The notes: generated by a model not told the origin, from the letters alone. A stretch of DNA of 64,000 nt from Candidatus Kapaibacterium thiocyanatum (GCA_001899175.1 MKVH01000024.1:883127-947126); one strand, 5' to 3'; positions 34,759 to 45,352 are shown, counted from the first letter of the stretch. A program made the numbers and translations.

Positions 34759-37242
34759 ATGAAAAAGAAGACCACATCTCAACGGATGACAACCACGGCG
34801 AACATCAACGGCACATCGGCATCGAACGGCAATGGTCATGCACCGGCATGGTCGCGTGAGGACGTACTGAACGACTACCGCATGGCGACGGAAAGCCGCC
34901 ATGCATCGCTGCTCGGCCGACGCGAAGTACTGACGGGCAAGGCCAAGTTCGGCATCTTCGGCGACGGCAAGGAAGTGGCCCAACTGGCCATGGCCCGCGC
35001 CTTCCGCCCCGGCGACTGGCGCTCCGGATACTACCGCGACCAGACCTTCATGTTCGCCACCGGCGAGAGCAGCATCCAGAAGTTCTTCGCCCAGCTCTAT
35101 GCCCATACCGACGTGGTAGCGGAACCTGCCTCCGCGGGACGCTCCATGAACGGTCATTTCGCGACGAGATTCCTCGACGACCAGGGACGCTTCCTCGAAC
35201 AGACGTCCAGAAACAATGTCTCGGCCGACGTTTCGCCGACGGGCTCGCAGATGCCGAGGCTGGTCGGCCTGGCCTATGCATCGCGTCTGTATCGCGATGT
35301 CGACGTTCTGAAGGAGATGAAGGAATTCTCGGCCAACGGCAATGAAGTCGCCTTCGGAACCATCGGCAACGCATCGTGCGCCGAGGGAATGTTCTGGGAA
35401 TCGGTCAATGCCATCGGCGTGCTGAAGTCTCCCGCCATCATCTCGATATGGGATGACGGATACGGTATCTCCGTTCCGAACGACGTCCAGGTCACGAAGA
35501 GCAACGTGGGAGAGCTTCTCTCCGGCTTCCAGCGTGCAGCAGGAACGAAGGACGGATACGACGTCCGTACCGTTCGTGCCTGGGACTATCCGGCACTGAT
35601 GAAGGTCTATGCCGAAGCCGCCGAAACCGCCCGTCGCGAGCATGTTCCGCAGATCGTCCACGTCATCGAGGTGACGCAGCCGCAAGGGCACTCCACGTCG
35701 GGGAGCCACGAGCGTTACAAGTCCCCCGAACGTCTGCAATGGGAGAAGGACTACGACGGCATCGCACGCATGCGTGCATGGATCGTCGAGGAAGGGATGG
35801 CCACGGAAGACGAACTGACGGCCATGGATACCGCCGCCGCGCAGCTCGTGCAGGAGGCGAGACAGGCCGCGTGGGACGCCTACATGAATCCCATCAAACA
35901 GGAGATCGCCGACGTTCGGACCATCCTGGACGCCCTGACCGACGCTCTTGCCGCACAGGGAATGGCCGACGCTTCCGCGGCAGTACACGCGGTATGCAGC
36001 GAGCTGGTCGCCATTCGTGAACCGTTCCGCCGGGACGTGATGGTGGCGACGCATCGTGCGCTGCTGGCTGCACGGATGGCTCCCGCCGCCATACGCGGCC
36101 CCCTGTCGGAATGGCGCCATGCCTACAATGAACGGATCACCCCGTTGTATTCGTCGCATCTCTTCGACGAAACAGGGCGTTCCGCTCTCGACATCGAGGC
36201 CATCGCTCCCGTCATCACGGACGATGCGCAGTCGCTGAACGGTTCGGAAGTCATCAATGCCTGCTTCGACGCCATTCTCGGCCGCGATCCCCGCGTCCTG
36301 ATCTTCGGTGAGGATGCCGGAAAGCTCGGCGACGTGAATCAGGGAACGATCGGTCTGCAGGCCAAGTACGGTGAACTGCGCGTGACCGACACGGGCATCC
36401 GTGAAACCACGATCCTCGGCCAGGCCATCGGCCTCGCCATGCGCGGCCTCCGTCCCATCGCCGAAATCCAGTACCTGGACTACCTCCTGTACGCTCTGCA
36501 ACTGATGAGCGACGACCTCGCCACGGTGCACTGGCGTACGCGCGGCGGACAGCGCGCACCGGTCATCGTACGTACGCGCGGACATCGTCTGGAAGGCGTA
36601 TGGCATTCCGGATCGCCGATGGCAGGCATCATCAATCTCGTCCGCGGTATCCACGTCTGCGTTCCACGGAACTTCGTCCAGGCTGCGGGGATGTACAATA
36701 CGCTGCTCAGGAGCGACGATCCTGCCCTCGTCGTCGAAGTGCTCAACGGCTATCGCCTCAAGGAAAAGCTGCCGACGAACGTCGCCGAATTCACGGTGCC
36801 GCTCGGCGTACCGGACGTCATCCGTGAAGGACGTGATCTCACGATCGTCACCTACGGCGCGAGCTGCCGCGTCGCCCTCGAAGCGGCATCCCTGCTCGAC
36901 CAGGTCGGTATCGACGTCGAAGTCGTCGATGTGCAGACACTGTTGCCGTTCGATACGACCGGCGTCATCCTGCGTTCGCTCGAGAAGACCAACCGGATCC
37001 TCTTCTTCGACGAAGACGTTCCCGGCGGTACCACGGCCTACATGATGCAGCAGGTCATCGAGCGCCTCGGCGGATACCGCCATCTGGATTCCGAACCCCG
37101 CTCCATTTGCGCGCGCCAGCATCGGCCAGCATACGGTACGGACGGAAACTACTGGTCCAAGCCGGAAGCCGAACATGTCTTCGAAGCGGTGTATGCCATG
37201 ATGAACGAGGCAGACCCGAACCGCTATCCGATGTATTACTGA
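34759..37242 (+). CDS. Fused 2-oxoacid (probably branched-chain) dehydrogenase E1 alpha/beta
   Basis: GKAKFGIFGDGKE, SGYYRD, TPP-binding GNASCAEG...DDGYGISVP, GHSTSGSH, DTGIRETTILG, EIQYLDY. Promoter TAACTTTG at 34745-34752. Confidence 0.9.
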   Translation: MKKKTTSQRMTTTANINGTSASNGNGHAPAWSREDVLNDYRMATESRHASLLGRREVLTGKAKFGIFGDGKEVAQLAMARAFRPGDWRSGYYRDQTFMFATGESSIQKFFAQLYAHTDVVAEPASAGRSMNGHFATRFLDDQGRFLEQTSRNNVSADVSPTGSQMPRLVGLAYASRLYRDVDVLKEMKEFSANGNEVAFGTIGNASCAEGMFWESVNAIGVLKSPAIISIWDDGYGISVPNDVQVTKSNVGELLSGFQRAAGTKDGYDVRTVRAWDYPALMKVYAEAAETARREHVPQIVHVIEVTQPQGHSTSGSHERYKSPERLQWEKDYDGIARMRAWIVEEGMATEDELTAMDTAAAQLVQEARQAAWDAYMNPIKQEIADVRTILDALTDALAAQGMADASAAVHAVCSELVAIREPFRRDVMVATHRALLAARMAPAAIRGPLSEWRHAYNERITPLYSSHLFDETGRSALDIEAIAPVITDDAQSLNGSEVINACFDAILGRDPRVLIFGEDAGKLGDVNQGTIGLQAKYGELRVTDTGIRETTILGQAIGLAMRGLRPIAEIQYLDYLLYALQLMSDDLATVHWRTRGGQRAPVIVRTRGHRLEGVWHSGSPMAGIINLVRGIHVCVPRNFVQAAGMYNTLLRSDDPALVVEVLNGYRLKEKLPTNVAEFTVPLGVPDVIREGRDLTIVTYGASCRVALEAASLLDQVGIDVEVVDVQTLLPFDTTGVILRSLEKTNRILFFDEDVPGGTTAYMMQQVIERLGGYRHLDSEPRSICARQHRPAYGTDGNYWSKPEAEHVFEAVYAMMNEADPNRYPMYY

Positions 37243-37251
37243 GAATCGAAC

Positions 37252-37288
37252 GAGGGGCTGTCGCATCTTTCCGGCAGTCCCTCTTTTT
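37252..37288 (+). terminator. Intrinsic terminator
   Basis: GAGGGGCTGTCG-N8-CGGCAGTCCCTC followed by TTTTT. Confidence 0.75.
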
Positions 37289-37321
37289 CATTCCTCCTCT
37301 TGACCCCCGCCCTGGCTGCCC

Positions 37322-37354
37322 TATATTCGTATTCAGAGTCCCGAATCCGAATTA
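37322..37354 (+). promoter_or_regulatory. Rrf2 gene promoter (TATATTCG) with an adjoining imperfect palindrome (autoregulatory operator candidate)
   Basis: TATTCAGAG-TCCCGA-ATCCGAATTA at 37330-37354. A similar site lies at 46061-46084. Confidence 0.5.
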
Positions 37355-37366
37355 CTCCCTGTCGCG

Positions 37367-37813
37367 ATGATTCTCTCCAAGTCCTGTATCTACGGCATCC
37401 AGGCCGCCATCTACGTTGCTTCTCAGCGTGGGGAGGACTACGTGGCCATCAGCCGTATCGCGGAGCAACTGAACATCTCGTTCCACTTCCTCACCAAGGT
37501 CCTGCAGCAGGTCACGCAGGCTGGTCTCATGATATCCTATCGCGGTCCCAAAGGAGGCGTGGCCCTCACACGTCCTACGGCCCACATCACCCTCTACGAT
37601 ATCATCTGCGCCATCGACGGGTCGGAAATGTTCACGGAGTGCATGCTGGGCCTTCCCGGATGCGGACATCAGGAACCCTGTCCGGCCCACGAGCACTGGG
37701 TCGAGGTCCGGACGCGCTTCACATCTCTCGCGAGACGTACCACGCTATCCCAGTTGGCCAGCCGGGCCAAGGATCTGAACGTGCGATTGGCGAACGATAG
37801 CGTCAAACCATGA
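37367..37813 (+). CDS. Rrf2-family regulator with Fe-S ligands
   Basis: LSKSCIYGIQA, SYRGPKGG, ITLYDII.AIDG, CMLGLPGCGHQEPCPAH. Confidence 0.93.
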   Translation: MILSKSCIYGIQAAIYVASQRGEDYVAISRIAEQLNISFHFLTKVLQQVTQAGLMISYRGPKGGVALTRPTAHITLYDIICAIDGSEMFTECMLGLPGCGHQEPCPAHEHWVEVRTRFTSLARRTTLSQLASRAKDLNVRLANDSVKP

Positions 37814-37824
37814 CAAAAATCATG
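37809..37824. promoter_or_regulatory. Crp/Fnr-type palindrome upstream of the cco cluster
   Basis: CATGA-CAAAAA-TCATG (TGA-N6-TCA), about 40 nt before the ccoI ATG. Confidence 0.55.
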
Positions 37825-37865
37825 GGATTTCGGACGTAGTGATCCAAAATTTGTAGTGCTACATC

Positions 37866-40280
37866 ATGAGCGGACAAATGCCACTGCGGCCGATACCAGG
37901 ATCCGATCGAACGACGACGTGTGCCCACTGCGGCGATCCCTGTTCCACGGAAATCCTGGACGGGGACGAGGCCTTCTGTTGTGCGGGCTGCCGTTCCGTC
38001 TACGCGTTGCTCAGGGACCACGACCTCTGTACGTATTACGACCTGGGGTCGAATCCCGGCATCTCGATGAAGAAGGGTGCCGCACGGACGGACATGGAGG
38101 CCCTGGACGATCCGGCGATATCCCGGACCTTCGTCGAGTACTCCGACCTACGATTCGTACGAGTCCGCTTCACGATTCCCGCCATGCACTGCGCGAGCTG
38201 CGTATGGCTGCTCGAGCGGCTCTCGAGCTTCGACGCCGGGATCGTGCATACCGAAACGGACGTGCTGCGCAAGACCGTGAGGGTCGATTTCGATCCGGCG
38301 GTCACGACACTGCGATCCGTCGCCGAGCTGTTGTCGTCGCTCGGATACGAACCCCTCGTCAAGCCCGTTGCGACGGCCACCGACGGAAGGGAGCGGCGGG
38401 CGATCTATCAGCGTCTGGGCGTCGCGGGGTTCGCCACCGGAAACGTCATGCTGTTCGGTATCGCCCGATACCTTGCAGGTGATGGGCTGTCGTCGTCGCT
38501 CACGACGATGTTCAGCATCTTCGCGGTTCTCCTCTCGATACCTGTTCTGGTCTATTCCGCCGCACCATGGCTCCGTTCGGCATGGGCAGCCATCGGCAGG
38601 CGCACACTGAATCTCGACGTACCCGTCGCCATCGGAATCCTCGTGCTCTTCTTCCGCAGTGTCGCGGACATTGTCACGGGACACGGTGAGGGATTCCTCG
38701 ATTCCTTCAACGGTCTCGTCTTCCTGCTCCTCGTAGGCAGGCTCTTCCAGCAGAAGGCGTTCGATGCGGTCTCGTTCGACAGGACCTATCGCTCGTTCTT
38801 CCCGCTTTCCGTTCGGGTAGAGCGGAATGGCAACACTCCTGCCGTACCTGTCGACGACGTCGTCGTCGGTGACGTCATGGTCGTCCGCAATGGCGAGACG
38901 ATACCGTGTGACGGAACGGTGTTGAGTCCGGTCGGTTATCTCGACTACGGATTCGTGACGGGTGAATCGCTTCCGATCGAATGCACGTCCGGGGCCGCCG
39001 TCTTCGCCGGTGGCAAGGTCGTCGGTACGGCCATCCGGATCGCGGCCACGAACGTCGTATCGCACGGTTACCTGGCATCCTTGTGGGAACGTGCCACGCC
39101 GCGCATCCGGACCAGTTCCTTGCTCACGCTGTCCGATACCTTCGGCAGATGGTTCACGGTCGTCGCCATGCTACTCGCCGCGGGCGGCGCCATCGCGCAG
39201 ATGCCCGACGTCCATATGGCTGTCAACGTCCTGACGGCAGTCCTCATCATCGCGTGTCCGTGCGCGCTCACGCTCGCGACGCCGGTCACGCTGGGCACGG
39301 CGATGGGCAGGCTCGGCGAGCGCGGCATCTATCTCAGATCCGTCGGCGTTCTGCTCGATCTGGATCGCTGCTCGACGATCGTATTCGACAAGACGGGAAC
39401 GCTCACGAAGTCGCTGCACGGGCTTTCCTATGATGGCCGTTCCCTGGCCGATCACGAGTGGATGGCCGTCCGTTCCGTCGCTGCACAGAGTATGCATCCC
39501 GTAAGCCGATCCCTTGCCCAGGTATGGCCGGTCGATGAAACCATATGTGCCACGGCGCATGAGGTGGCGGGCAGGGGAATGACGGGAAGAGCCTATGGTC
39601 ACGACGTCGTCATCGGCTCGTCGACCCTCGTCGAAGAAATGTGTCCGGAAGGGCGCGTGACCGATACGACCGACGGAGCGGCCCACATCGCCGTCGATGG
39701 TTCGTATGCCGGAAGTATCCGGCTCCGCTCCGAATTGCGTGAAGGAATATCGGAGATGATGGGACGACTTCGCGAACGCCATTCCGTACGGTTGCTGTCG
39801 GGGGATGGCCTGCGTGATCGTGCCATGCTCCTGTCCATGTTCGACGACGACGAGATGTCGTTCGGACGGCAGCCCGCCGACAAGGTCGGTCATATCGACG
39901 CATTGCGCGCTTCGGGACACACCGTGCTGATGATCGGTGACGGTCTGAACGATGCGGCCGCCATGTCGGCCGCCGATGCGGCGATCGCCGTGACGGACGA
40001 TACGGCGACGCTCGTGCCCGCCTGCGATGTCATCATGAACGCCTCGGCACTCGGAGAACTTCCCGCCCTGCTGCGGTATGCGCGGCGGATGAAGAACCTC
40101 ATCATCGCGACGTTCTGCGTATCGGTCGTCTATAATGCCGTCGGCCTTTCGCTGGCGCTCGGAGGAATGCTCACGCCGCTTGCGGCGGCCATCCTCATGC
40201 CGGTGAGCTCGTTGACGGTGATCGGTATGAGCGTGGCGGGTGCACGCTGGTATGCGAGGAGGTCGGTATGGACATCATGA
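37866..40280 (+). CDS. ccoI: CcoI/FixI P1B-type copper ATPase
   Basis: CAHCG..FCCAGC, MHCASC, TGES, IACPCAL, DKTGTLT, MIGDGLNDA. Confidence 0.93.
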   Translation: MSGQMPLRPIPGSDRTTTCAHCGDPCSTEILDGDEAFCCAGCRSVYALLRDHDLCTYYDLGSNPGISMKKGAARTDMEALDDPAISRTFVEYSDLRFVRVRFTIPAMHCASCVWLLERLSSFDAGIVHTETDVLRKTVRVDFDPAVTTLRSVAELLSSLGYEPLVKPVATATDGRERRAIYQRLGVAGFATGNVMLFGIARYLAGDGLSSSLTTMFSIFAVLLSIPVLVYSAAPWLRSAWAAIGRRTLNLDVPVAIGILVLFFRSVADIVTGHGEGFLDSFNGLVFLLLVGRLFQQKAFDAVSFDRTYRSFFPLSVRVERNGNTPAVPVDDVVVGDVMVVRNGETIPCDGTVLSPVGYLDYGFVTGESLPIECTSGAAVFAGGKVVGTAIRIAATNVVSHGYLASLWERATPRIRTSSLLTLSDTFGRWFTVVAMLLAAGGAIAQMPDVHMAVNVLTAVLIIACPCALTLATPVTLGTAMGRLGERGIYLRSVGVLLDLDRCSTIVFDKTGTLTKSLHGLSYDGRSLADHEWMAVRSVAAQSMHPVSRSLAQVWPVDETICATAHEVAGRGMTGRAYGHDVVIGSSTLVEEMCPEGRVTDTTDGAAHIAVDGSYAGSIRLRSELREGISEMMGRLRERHSVRLLSGDGLRDRAMLLSMFDDDEMSFGRQPADKVGHIDALRASGHTVLMIGDGLNDAAAMSAADAAIAVTDDTATLVPACDVIMNASALGELPALLRYARRMKNLIIATFCVSVVYNAVGLSLALGGMLTPLAAAILMPVSSLTVIGMSVAGARWYARRSVWTS

Positions 40281-40468
40281 TGCTGCTGGTCCCGTGCAGC
40301 CTGCTCGTCTCGGGCGGCTTCCTGTTCGCCTTCCTATGGGCCACGAGGAGCGGACAGTTCGACGACACGTCGACACCGGCGATACGCATGCTCTTCGACG
40401 AACCTGCGAAGATCGAGAACATTGAAAACGACGAACATCAACGTACAACGAAAGGACTCGATTCATGA
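40268..40468 (+). CDS. ccoS: cbb3 oxidase maturation protein CcoS
   Basis: FLWATRSGQFDDTSTPAIRMLFDE. Confidence 0.92.
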   Translation: MDIMMLLVPCSLLVSGGFLFAFLWATRSGQFDDTSTPAIRMLFDEPAKIENIENDEHQRTTKGLDS

Positions 40469-42636
40469 ACATGGCACGACCGGAACGGGATGAAGGGCGG
40501 GGACAGGTCGAATCGTTCGCCTACGACAACGCCATCGTGAAGAACTTCGCGATCGCGACGGCGGTATGGGGCGTCATCGGCATGCTCGTGGGTCTCATCA
40601 TCGCCATCAAGCTGTGGGCACCGGACTTCCTCGGCTTCATTCCTCAACTGTCCTACGGACGCCTTCGTCCGTTGCATACGAATGCCGTCATCTTCGCCTT
40701 CGCAGGCAATGCGATCTTCGTCGGAGTCTACTACTCGTTGCAGCGCCTGTGCAAAGCGCGCATGTACAGCGACTTCTTCAGCAGGTTGCATTTCTGGGGA
40801 TGGCAGTTCATCATCGTTCTGGCAGCGGTGACGCTGCCGCTGGGCTTCACGACGAGCAAGGAATACGCCGAACTCGAATGGCCGATCGACATCCTGATCA
40901 CGATCGTGTGGGTGGTGTTCGGATGGAACATGCTCGGTACCATCGCCCGGCGCCGTGAACGGCATATGTACGTGGCCATATGGTTCTACATCGCGACCTT
41001 CCTGACCGTGGCCCTGCTCCACATCGTGAACTCGTTCGAGCTTCCGGTATCCCTGCTGAAGAGCTATTCGGCCTACGCAGGTGTACAGGATGCCCTGGTG
41101 CAGTGGTGGTACGGACACAATGCTGTGGCATTCTTCCTTACCACACCGTTCCTCGGAATCATGTACTACTTCGTTCCGAAGGCGGCCGAACGTCCGGTAT
41201 TCAGCTACCGGTTGTCCATCGTCCACTTCTGGTCGCTCATCTTCATATACATCTGGGCCGGTCCTCACCACCTGCTCTATACTGCATTGCCGGACTGGGC
41301 ACAGTCGCTCGGTACCGTCTTCTCCGTCATGCTCATCGCTCCGTCGTGGGGCGGCATGCTCAACGGTCTCCTGACGCTTCGCGGAGCATGGGACAAGGTC
41401 CGTACGGATCCCGTTCTCAAGTTCATGGTCGTCGGCATCACGGCCTACGGCATGAGCACGTTCGAAGGGCCCATGATGTCGATCAAGGGTGTGAGCGCCA
41501 TCACGCACTATACCGACTACATCATCGGCCACGTCCATCTCGGAGCGCTTGCATGGAACGGCGGCCTGACCTTCGCCATGCTCTACTACATCGTGCCACG
41601 CATCTGGGGTACGAAGCTCTTCTCCGTCAAGCTCGCCAACTGGCACTTCTGGGCCATGACGCTCGGCATCGCCTTCTACGTGATTCCGCTGTACTTCGGT
41701 GGCATCGTACAGTCGCTGATGTGGAAGGACTTCAATCCGGACGGCACGCTCGTCAATCCGAACTTCCTGGAAACGGTGATCCGCATCGTTCCCATGTACG
41801 TCCTGCGCTCGGTGGGTGGGGGGCTCTATCTCCTCGGTACCGGCCTCGGAGTCTACAACCTCTGGAAGACGGCGCGGAGCGGTTCGTTCATCGCCGACGA
41901 GGGAGTACGGGCCGTCCGCGAACCGCGCGTGGACGCGGCCGATGCGAAGCACGACTACTGGCACCGTCTGCTCGAGAAGAAACCCTTCCGGTTCTCGGTT
42001 CTCGTCGTCGTCGTCGTGCTCATCGGCGGTATCGTCGAATACGTTCCGACTGCGTTGATCAGCTCGAACGTGCCTACGATCGCAACGGTGACGCCGTATA
42101 CGCCGCTCGAACTCGAAGGACGCGACCTCTACATCCGTGAAGGATGCGTGGGATGCCATTCGCAGATGATCCGTCCGTTCCGTAGCGAGACGGAACGCTA
42201 CGGACAGTATTCGCAGGCCGGCGAGTTCGTCTACGATCGTCCGTTCCTCTGGGGATCGAAACGAACGGGTCCCGACCTGCATCGTATCGGACGCAAGTAT
42301 CCTGATGCATGGCACTGGAACCACATGAAGGAGCCGGGGTCGACGTCGCCGAAGTCCATCATGCCAGGCTATCCGTGGCTCTATGATGCCAAGCTCGACC
42401 TCGGTCATACCGAGGGCAAGATCATCACGCTACGCAAGCTCGGCGTGCCGTATCCGGAAGGGTACGAGTCGAAGGCGGTGACCGATCTCACCGCGCAGGC
42501 GGCCACGATCGCCGAAGGACTCCGTTCGTCGGGATTCAAGGACGTCTCGGCCGATCGTGAGATCATCGCTCTCATCGCCTATCTGCAGAGACTCGGAACG
42601 GACATCAAGAAACCCGCCGTCGCAATGGAGGAATGA
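40465..42636 (+). CDS. ccoN: cbb3-type cytochrome c oxidase, fused subunits I/II (CcoN-CcoO)
   Basis: YGRLRPLHTNAVIFAF, KEYAELEW, QWWYGHNAV, WAGPHHL, GHVH. CcoO part: GRDLYIREGCVGCHSQMIRP, WGSKRTGPDL. Confidence 0.97.
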   Translation: MNMARPERDEGRGQVESFAYDNAIVKNFAIATAVWGVIGMLVGLIIAIKLWAPDFLGFIPQLSYGRLRPLHTNAVIFAFAGNAIFVGVYYSLQRLCKARMYSDFFSRLHFWGWQFIIVLAAVTLPLGFTTSKEYAELEWPIDILITIVWVVFGWNMLGTIARRRERHMYVAIWFYIATFLTVALLHIVNSFELPVSLLKSYSAYAGVQDALVQWWYGHNAVAFFLTTPFLGIMYYFVPKAAERPVFSYRLSIVHFWSLIFIYIWAGPHHLLYTALPDWAQSLGTVFSVMLIAPSWGGMLNGLLTLRGAWDKVRTDPVLKFMVVGITAYGMSTFEGPMMSIKGVSAITHYTDYIIGHVHLGALAWNGGLTFAMLYYIVPRIWGTKLFSVKLANWHFWAMTLGIAFYVIPLYFGGIVQSLMWKDFNPDGTLVNPNFLETVIRIVPMYVLRSVGGGLYLLGTGLGVYNLWKTARSGSFIADEGVRAVREPRVDAADAKHDYWHRLLEKKPFRFSVLVVVVVLIGGIVEYVPTALISSNVPTIATVTPYTPLELEGRDLYIREGCVGCHSQMIRPFRSETERYGQYSQAGEFVYDRPFLWGSKRTGPDLHRIGRKYPDAWHWNHMKEPGSTSPKSIMPGYPWLYDAKLDLGHTEGKIITLRKLGVPYPEGYESKAVTDLTAQAATIAEGLRSSGFKDVSADREIIALIAYLQRLGTDIKKPAVAMEE

Positions 42637-42851
42637 TCATGTACAAGAACGTTCTCGAACACATTCCCGGTATCGAATACTATCCGGTACTCGCCCTCGT
42701 CCTGTTCTTCGGCTTCTTCCTCGGTCTCATCGTGTGGTTCTTCCGTACCGACAAGCATCGTATGGAACGGATGTCCGCGTTGCCTCTTGATGACGTCCGT
42801 TTTCCCGCCAACGCACCGGCCCGGCATCACTATCCGAACAGGGAGGTATGA
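42633..42851 (+). CDS. ccoQ: cbb3 oxidase subunit CcoQ
   Basis: Single TM, MYKNVLEHIPGIEYYP...MSALPLDD, located between ccoNO and ccoP. Confidence 0.85.
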   Translation: MIMYKNVLEHIPGIEYYPVLALVLFFGFFLGLIVWFFRTDKHRMERMSALPLDDVRFPANAPARHHYPNREV

Positions 42852-43441
42852 TCATGTCCACGAACGACAAGGACAGACTGCTCGATCACGATGCGGACGG
42901 CATCAAGGAATTCGACAACAATCTGCCGCGATGGTGGCTGTACGGGTTCTACCTGACGATGGTCTTCTCCGTCGTCTACATGGTGAACTATCATGTGCTC
43001 GAGACACCCATGTTCGGGCAGCGCGGGCAGATCGACGAATACGACTCCGAGGTGAAGCACTGGGAAGCGGCCATCGCATCGGCACCGAAGAAAGGTCCGG
43101 TCAAGGCCACGCTGCTGACGGATGCCGCCAGCCTCGAGAAAGGCAAGGCCATCTTCAACGGTACGAACAATCTCTGCTCTACATGCCACAGGGAAGATCT
43201 GGGTGGACAGGTTGGGCCGAATCTTACGGACGACAACTGGATCCACGGTTGCTCGATCGAGGACATCATGAAGAACATCACGACGGGATTCCCCGAAAAG
43301 GGCATGCTGCCGTATGGATCGACGAACCGGTTGTCCGACGACGAGCTGCTTCAGGTCGCCTCCTACGTCATATCCAAGCGCGGTTCCAACCCTCCCGATC
43401 CAAAGCCGGTCGAAGAGGGTAGGGACGTGCCATGTCAGTAA
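42848..43441 (+). CDS. ccoP: cbb3 oxidase subunit III, mono-heme form
   Basis: HDADGIKEFDNNLPRWW, a single CSTCH, GPNLTDDNWIHG, KGMLPY. Confidence 0.92.
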   Translation: MIMSTNDKDRLLDHDADGIKEFDNNLPRWWLYGFYLTMVFSVVYMVNYHVLETPMFGQRGQIDEYDSEVKHWEAAIASAPKKGPVKATLLTDAASLEKGKAIFNGTNNLCSTCHREDLGGQVGPNLTDDNWIHGCSIEDIMKNITTGFPEKGMLPYGSTNRLSDDELLQVASYVISKRGSNPPDPKPVEEGRDVPCQ

Positions 43442-43463
43442 GCACTACGAAGAAGCCGTAATC

Positions 43464-44909
43464 ATGTCAATCACCGATGCACCCGTCGAGGATCACGAGC
43501 GGTTCAGGAACGAGCTCGGCAGTATCTACCGTGATGGCCGTCGTAAATGGATCTTCGCGAGGAAGCCGAGCGGACCGTTCTATCGCTGGCGTACGGTGCT
43601 CGGATGGTTGCTGCTGGCCTTCCTCGTCCTGTCCCCGTTCATCGAGGTGAACGGTCATCAGTTCATGCTCTTCGATCTCTTCGAACGACGGTTCGTGATC
43701 CTCGGCATGGTCTTCTGGCCACAGGACATCTGGTTGCTCGTCCTGCTCTTCCTTACGGGCATCGTTTCGCTGGTGTTGTTCACGGCGACGCTCGGACGGA
43801 TCTGGTGTGGCTGGCTGTGCCCGCAGACGATCTTCATGGAGATGGTCTTCAGGAAGATCGAATGGATGATCGACGGCCCGCCTGCGGAGCAGGTGCGGAG
43901 AACGAACGGGCCATGGACGAAGGAGCGCATCCTGCGGACCGTCGCCAAGCAATCCATCTTCTTCGCCATTTCCTTCGGTATCGCCAACGTCTTCCTCGCC
44001 TATCTGATCGGCAGCGATACGCTGTTGTCGTACGTGAGGGAAGGGATCGCTCCTCATCTCGTCGTCTTCCTTCCACTGCTCGCATTCACGGGTGTCTTCT
44101 ACCTGGTCTTCGCGCGGTTCCGTGAGCAGGCCTGTATCATCGTCTGTCCGTACGGACGGTACATGTCGGCCCTGGTCGATGAATCGACCATCGCCATCAC
44201 GTACGATTTCCGTCGAGGCGAGAAGCGGGGCAAGTTCACGAGGGGAGACAAGGAAGCTGCCGCGGCCGGAGAGCCCCGTCCTTCGGGCCTTGGCGACTGC
44301 ATCGACTGCCATCAGTGCGTGACGGTCTGCCCGACGGGCATCGACATCCGGAACGGTATCCAGCTCGAGTGCGTGAACTGCACGGCCTGCATCGATGCCT
44401 GCGATGACGTTATGACGAAGATCGGCCGTCCGAAGGGACTGATCCGCTATGCAAGTGTGAAGTCCATCATCGACGGTGCATCGAACTGGATGACGCCGCG
44501 CATCAAGGCCTATGCCGCCGTGTGGATCGTACTCGTCTCCGTCGTCGCCGTGCTGTTCTTCACGCGACGTGACGTCGACATTCTCGTGTTGCGGCAGGAA
44601 GGAACGACGTGGGTAGCGACATCCCAGGGTGTCGGGAATTTCTATCGTATGGAAGTGATCAACAAGACGAGCGAGCGCCGGACGATATCGATGCGCGTCA
44701 TCGAGCCGGCGAACGTCATCATCAAGCCACTGACGGACATGACGACGATCGGTCCATACGAGGAGCGGAAGGGACGCTTCATGCTCATCGTACCCGATTC
44801 ACTGACGAGTCGCGGTTCGATACCGATCCGTGTGTCCATTCGCGCGAATGACGACGAAGTATGGAATGAGCAGACCTCGTTCCTTGTTTCACGAAACGGG
44901 AGCAGGTGA
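43464..44909 (+). CDS. ccoG: Cytochrome c oxidase accessory Fe-S protein CcoG
   Basis: GRIWCGWLCPQT, REQACIIVCPYGR, DCIDCHQCVTVCPTGIDIR, QLECVNCTACIDAC. Confidence 0.96.
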   Translation: MSITDAPVEDHERFRNELGSIYRDGRRKWIFARKPSGPFYRWRTVLGWLLLAFLVLSPFIEVNGHQFMLFDLFERRFVILGMVFWPQDIWLLVLLFLTGIVSLVLFTATLGRIWCGWLCPQTIFMEMVFRKIEWMIDGPPAEQVRRTNGPWTKERILRTVAKQSIFFAISFGIANVFLAYLIGSDTLLSYVREGIAPHLVVFLPLLAFTGVFYLVFARFREQACIIVCPYGRYMSALVDESTIAITYDFRRGEKRGKFTRGDKEAAAAGEPRPSGLGDCIDCHQCVTVCPTGIDIRNGIQLECVNCTACIDACDDVMTKIGRPKGLIRYASVKSIIDGASNWMTPRIKAYAAVWIVLVSVVAVLFFTRRDVDILVLRQEGTTWVATSQGVGNFYRMEVINKTSERRTISMRVIEPANVIIKPLTDMTTIGPYEERKGRFMLIVPDSLTSRGSIPIRVSIRANDDEVWNEQTSFLVSRNGSR

Positions 44910-45349
44910 TGAAGATCAACTGGGGCTGGAGAGTCACCATCGTCTATACGCTGTTCGCACTGGGAACGCTCGGCGTCGTCGCCTATGCCGCGAGCCGTGA
45001 GGTCGATCTTGTCCGACCCGACTACTACGAGCATACGCTGGCGCACGAGGCTACGGCCCACGCACTCGAGAACGGCCGCAGGCTCGGTGCCGAAGCCGAT
45101 GTCGTCGTCGATGATTCCGCCGGGCTCGTCGTTCGTATCCCTTCGTCGCATGCGTCGATGGCGCACGGCACGGTGACGCTGTACAGACCGAATTCGGTGA
45201 AGGACGACAGGACGCTGCCTCTGCACGTCGATGGCCGTGGCACCATGGACATTCCATCGAACGGTATGGATCGTGGCCGCTGGCGTGTCTTCGTCGAATG
45301 GAAGAGTGACAGGACGTATCGCATCGAACGTATGATCGACGTGAGGTAA
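44906..45349 (+). CDS. ccoH: FixH/CcoH-family protein
   Basis: INWGWRVTIVY, DLVRPDYYE, LYRPN, GRWRVFVEW. Confidence 0.88.
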   Translation: MMKINWGWRVTIVYTLFALGTLGVVAYAASREVDLVRPDYYEHTLAHEATAHALENGRRLGAEADVVVDDSAGLVVRIPSSHASMAHGTVTLYRPNSVKDDRTLPLHVDGRGTMDIPSNGMDRGRWRVFVEWKSDRTYRIERMIDVR

Positions 45350-45352
45350 CGG

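Noticed and set aside
34420-37266. 948-aa antisense ORF, and similar long shadows at 4829-6703, 40438-42408, 46692-48770 and 57753-59552
   Set aside because: They lie opposite well-supported genes, have no recognisable motifs, and are expected from codon bias in high-GC DNA.
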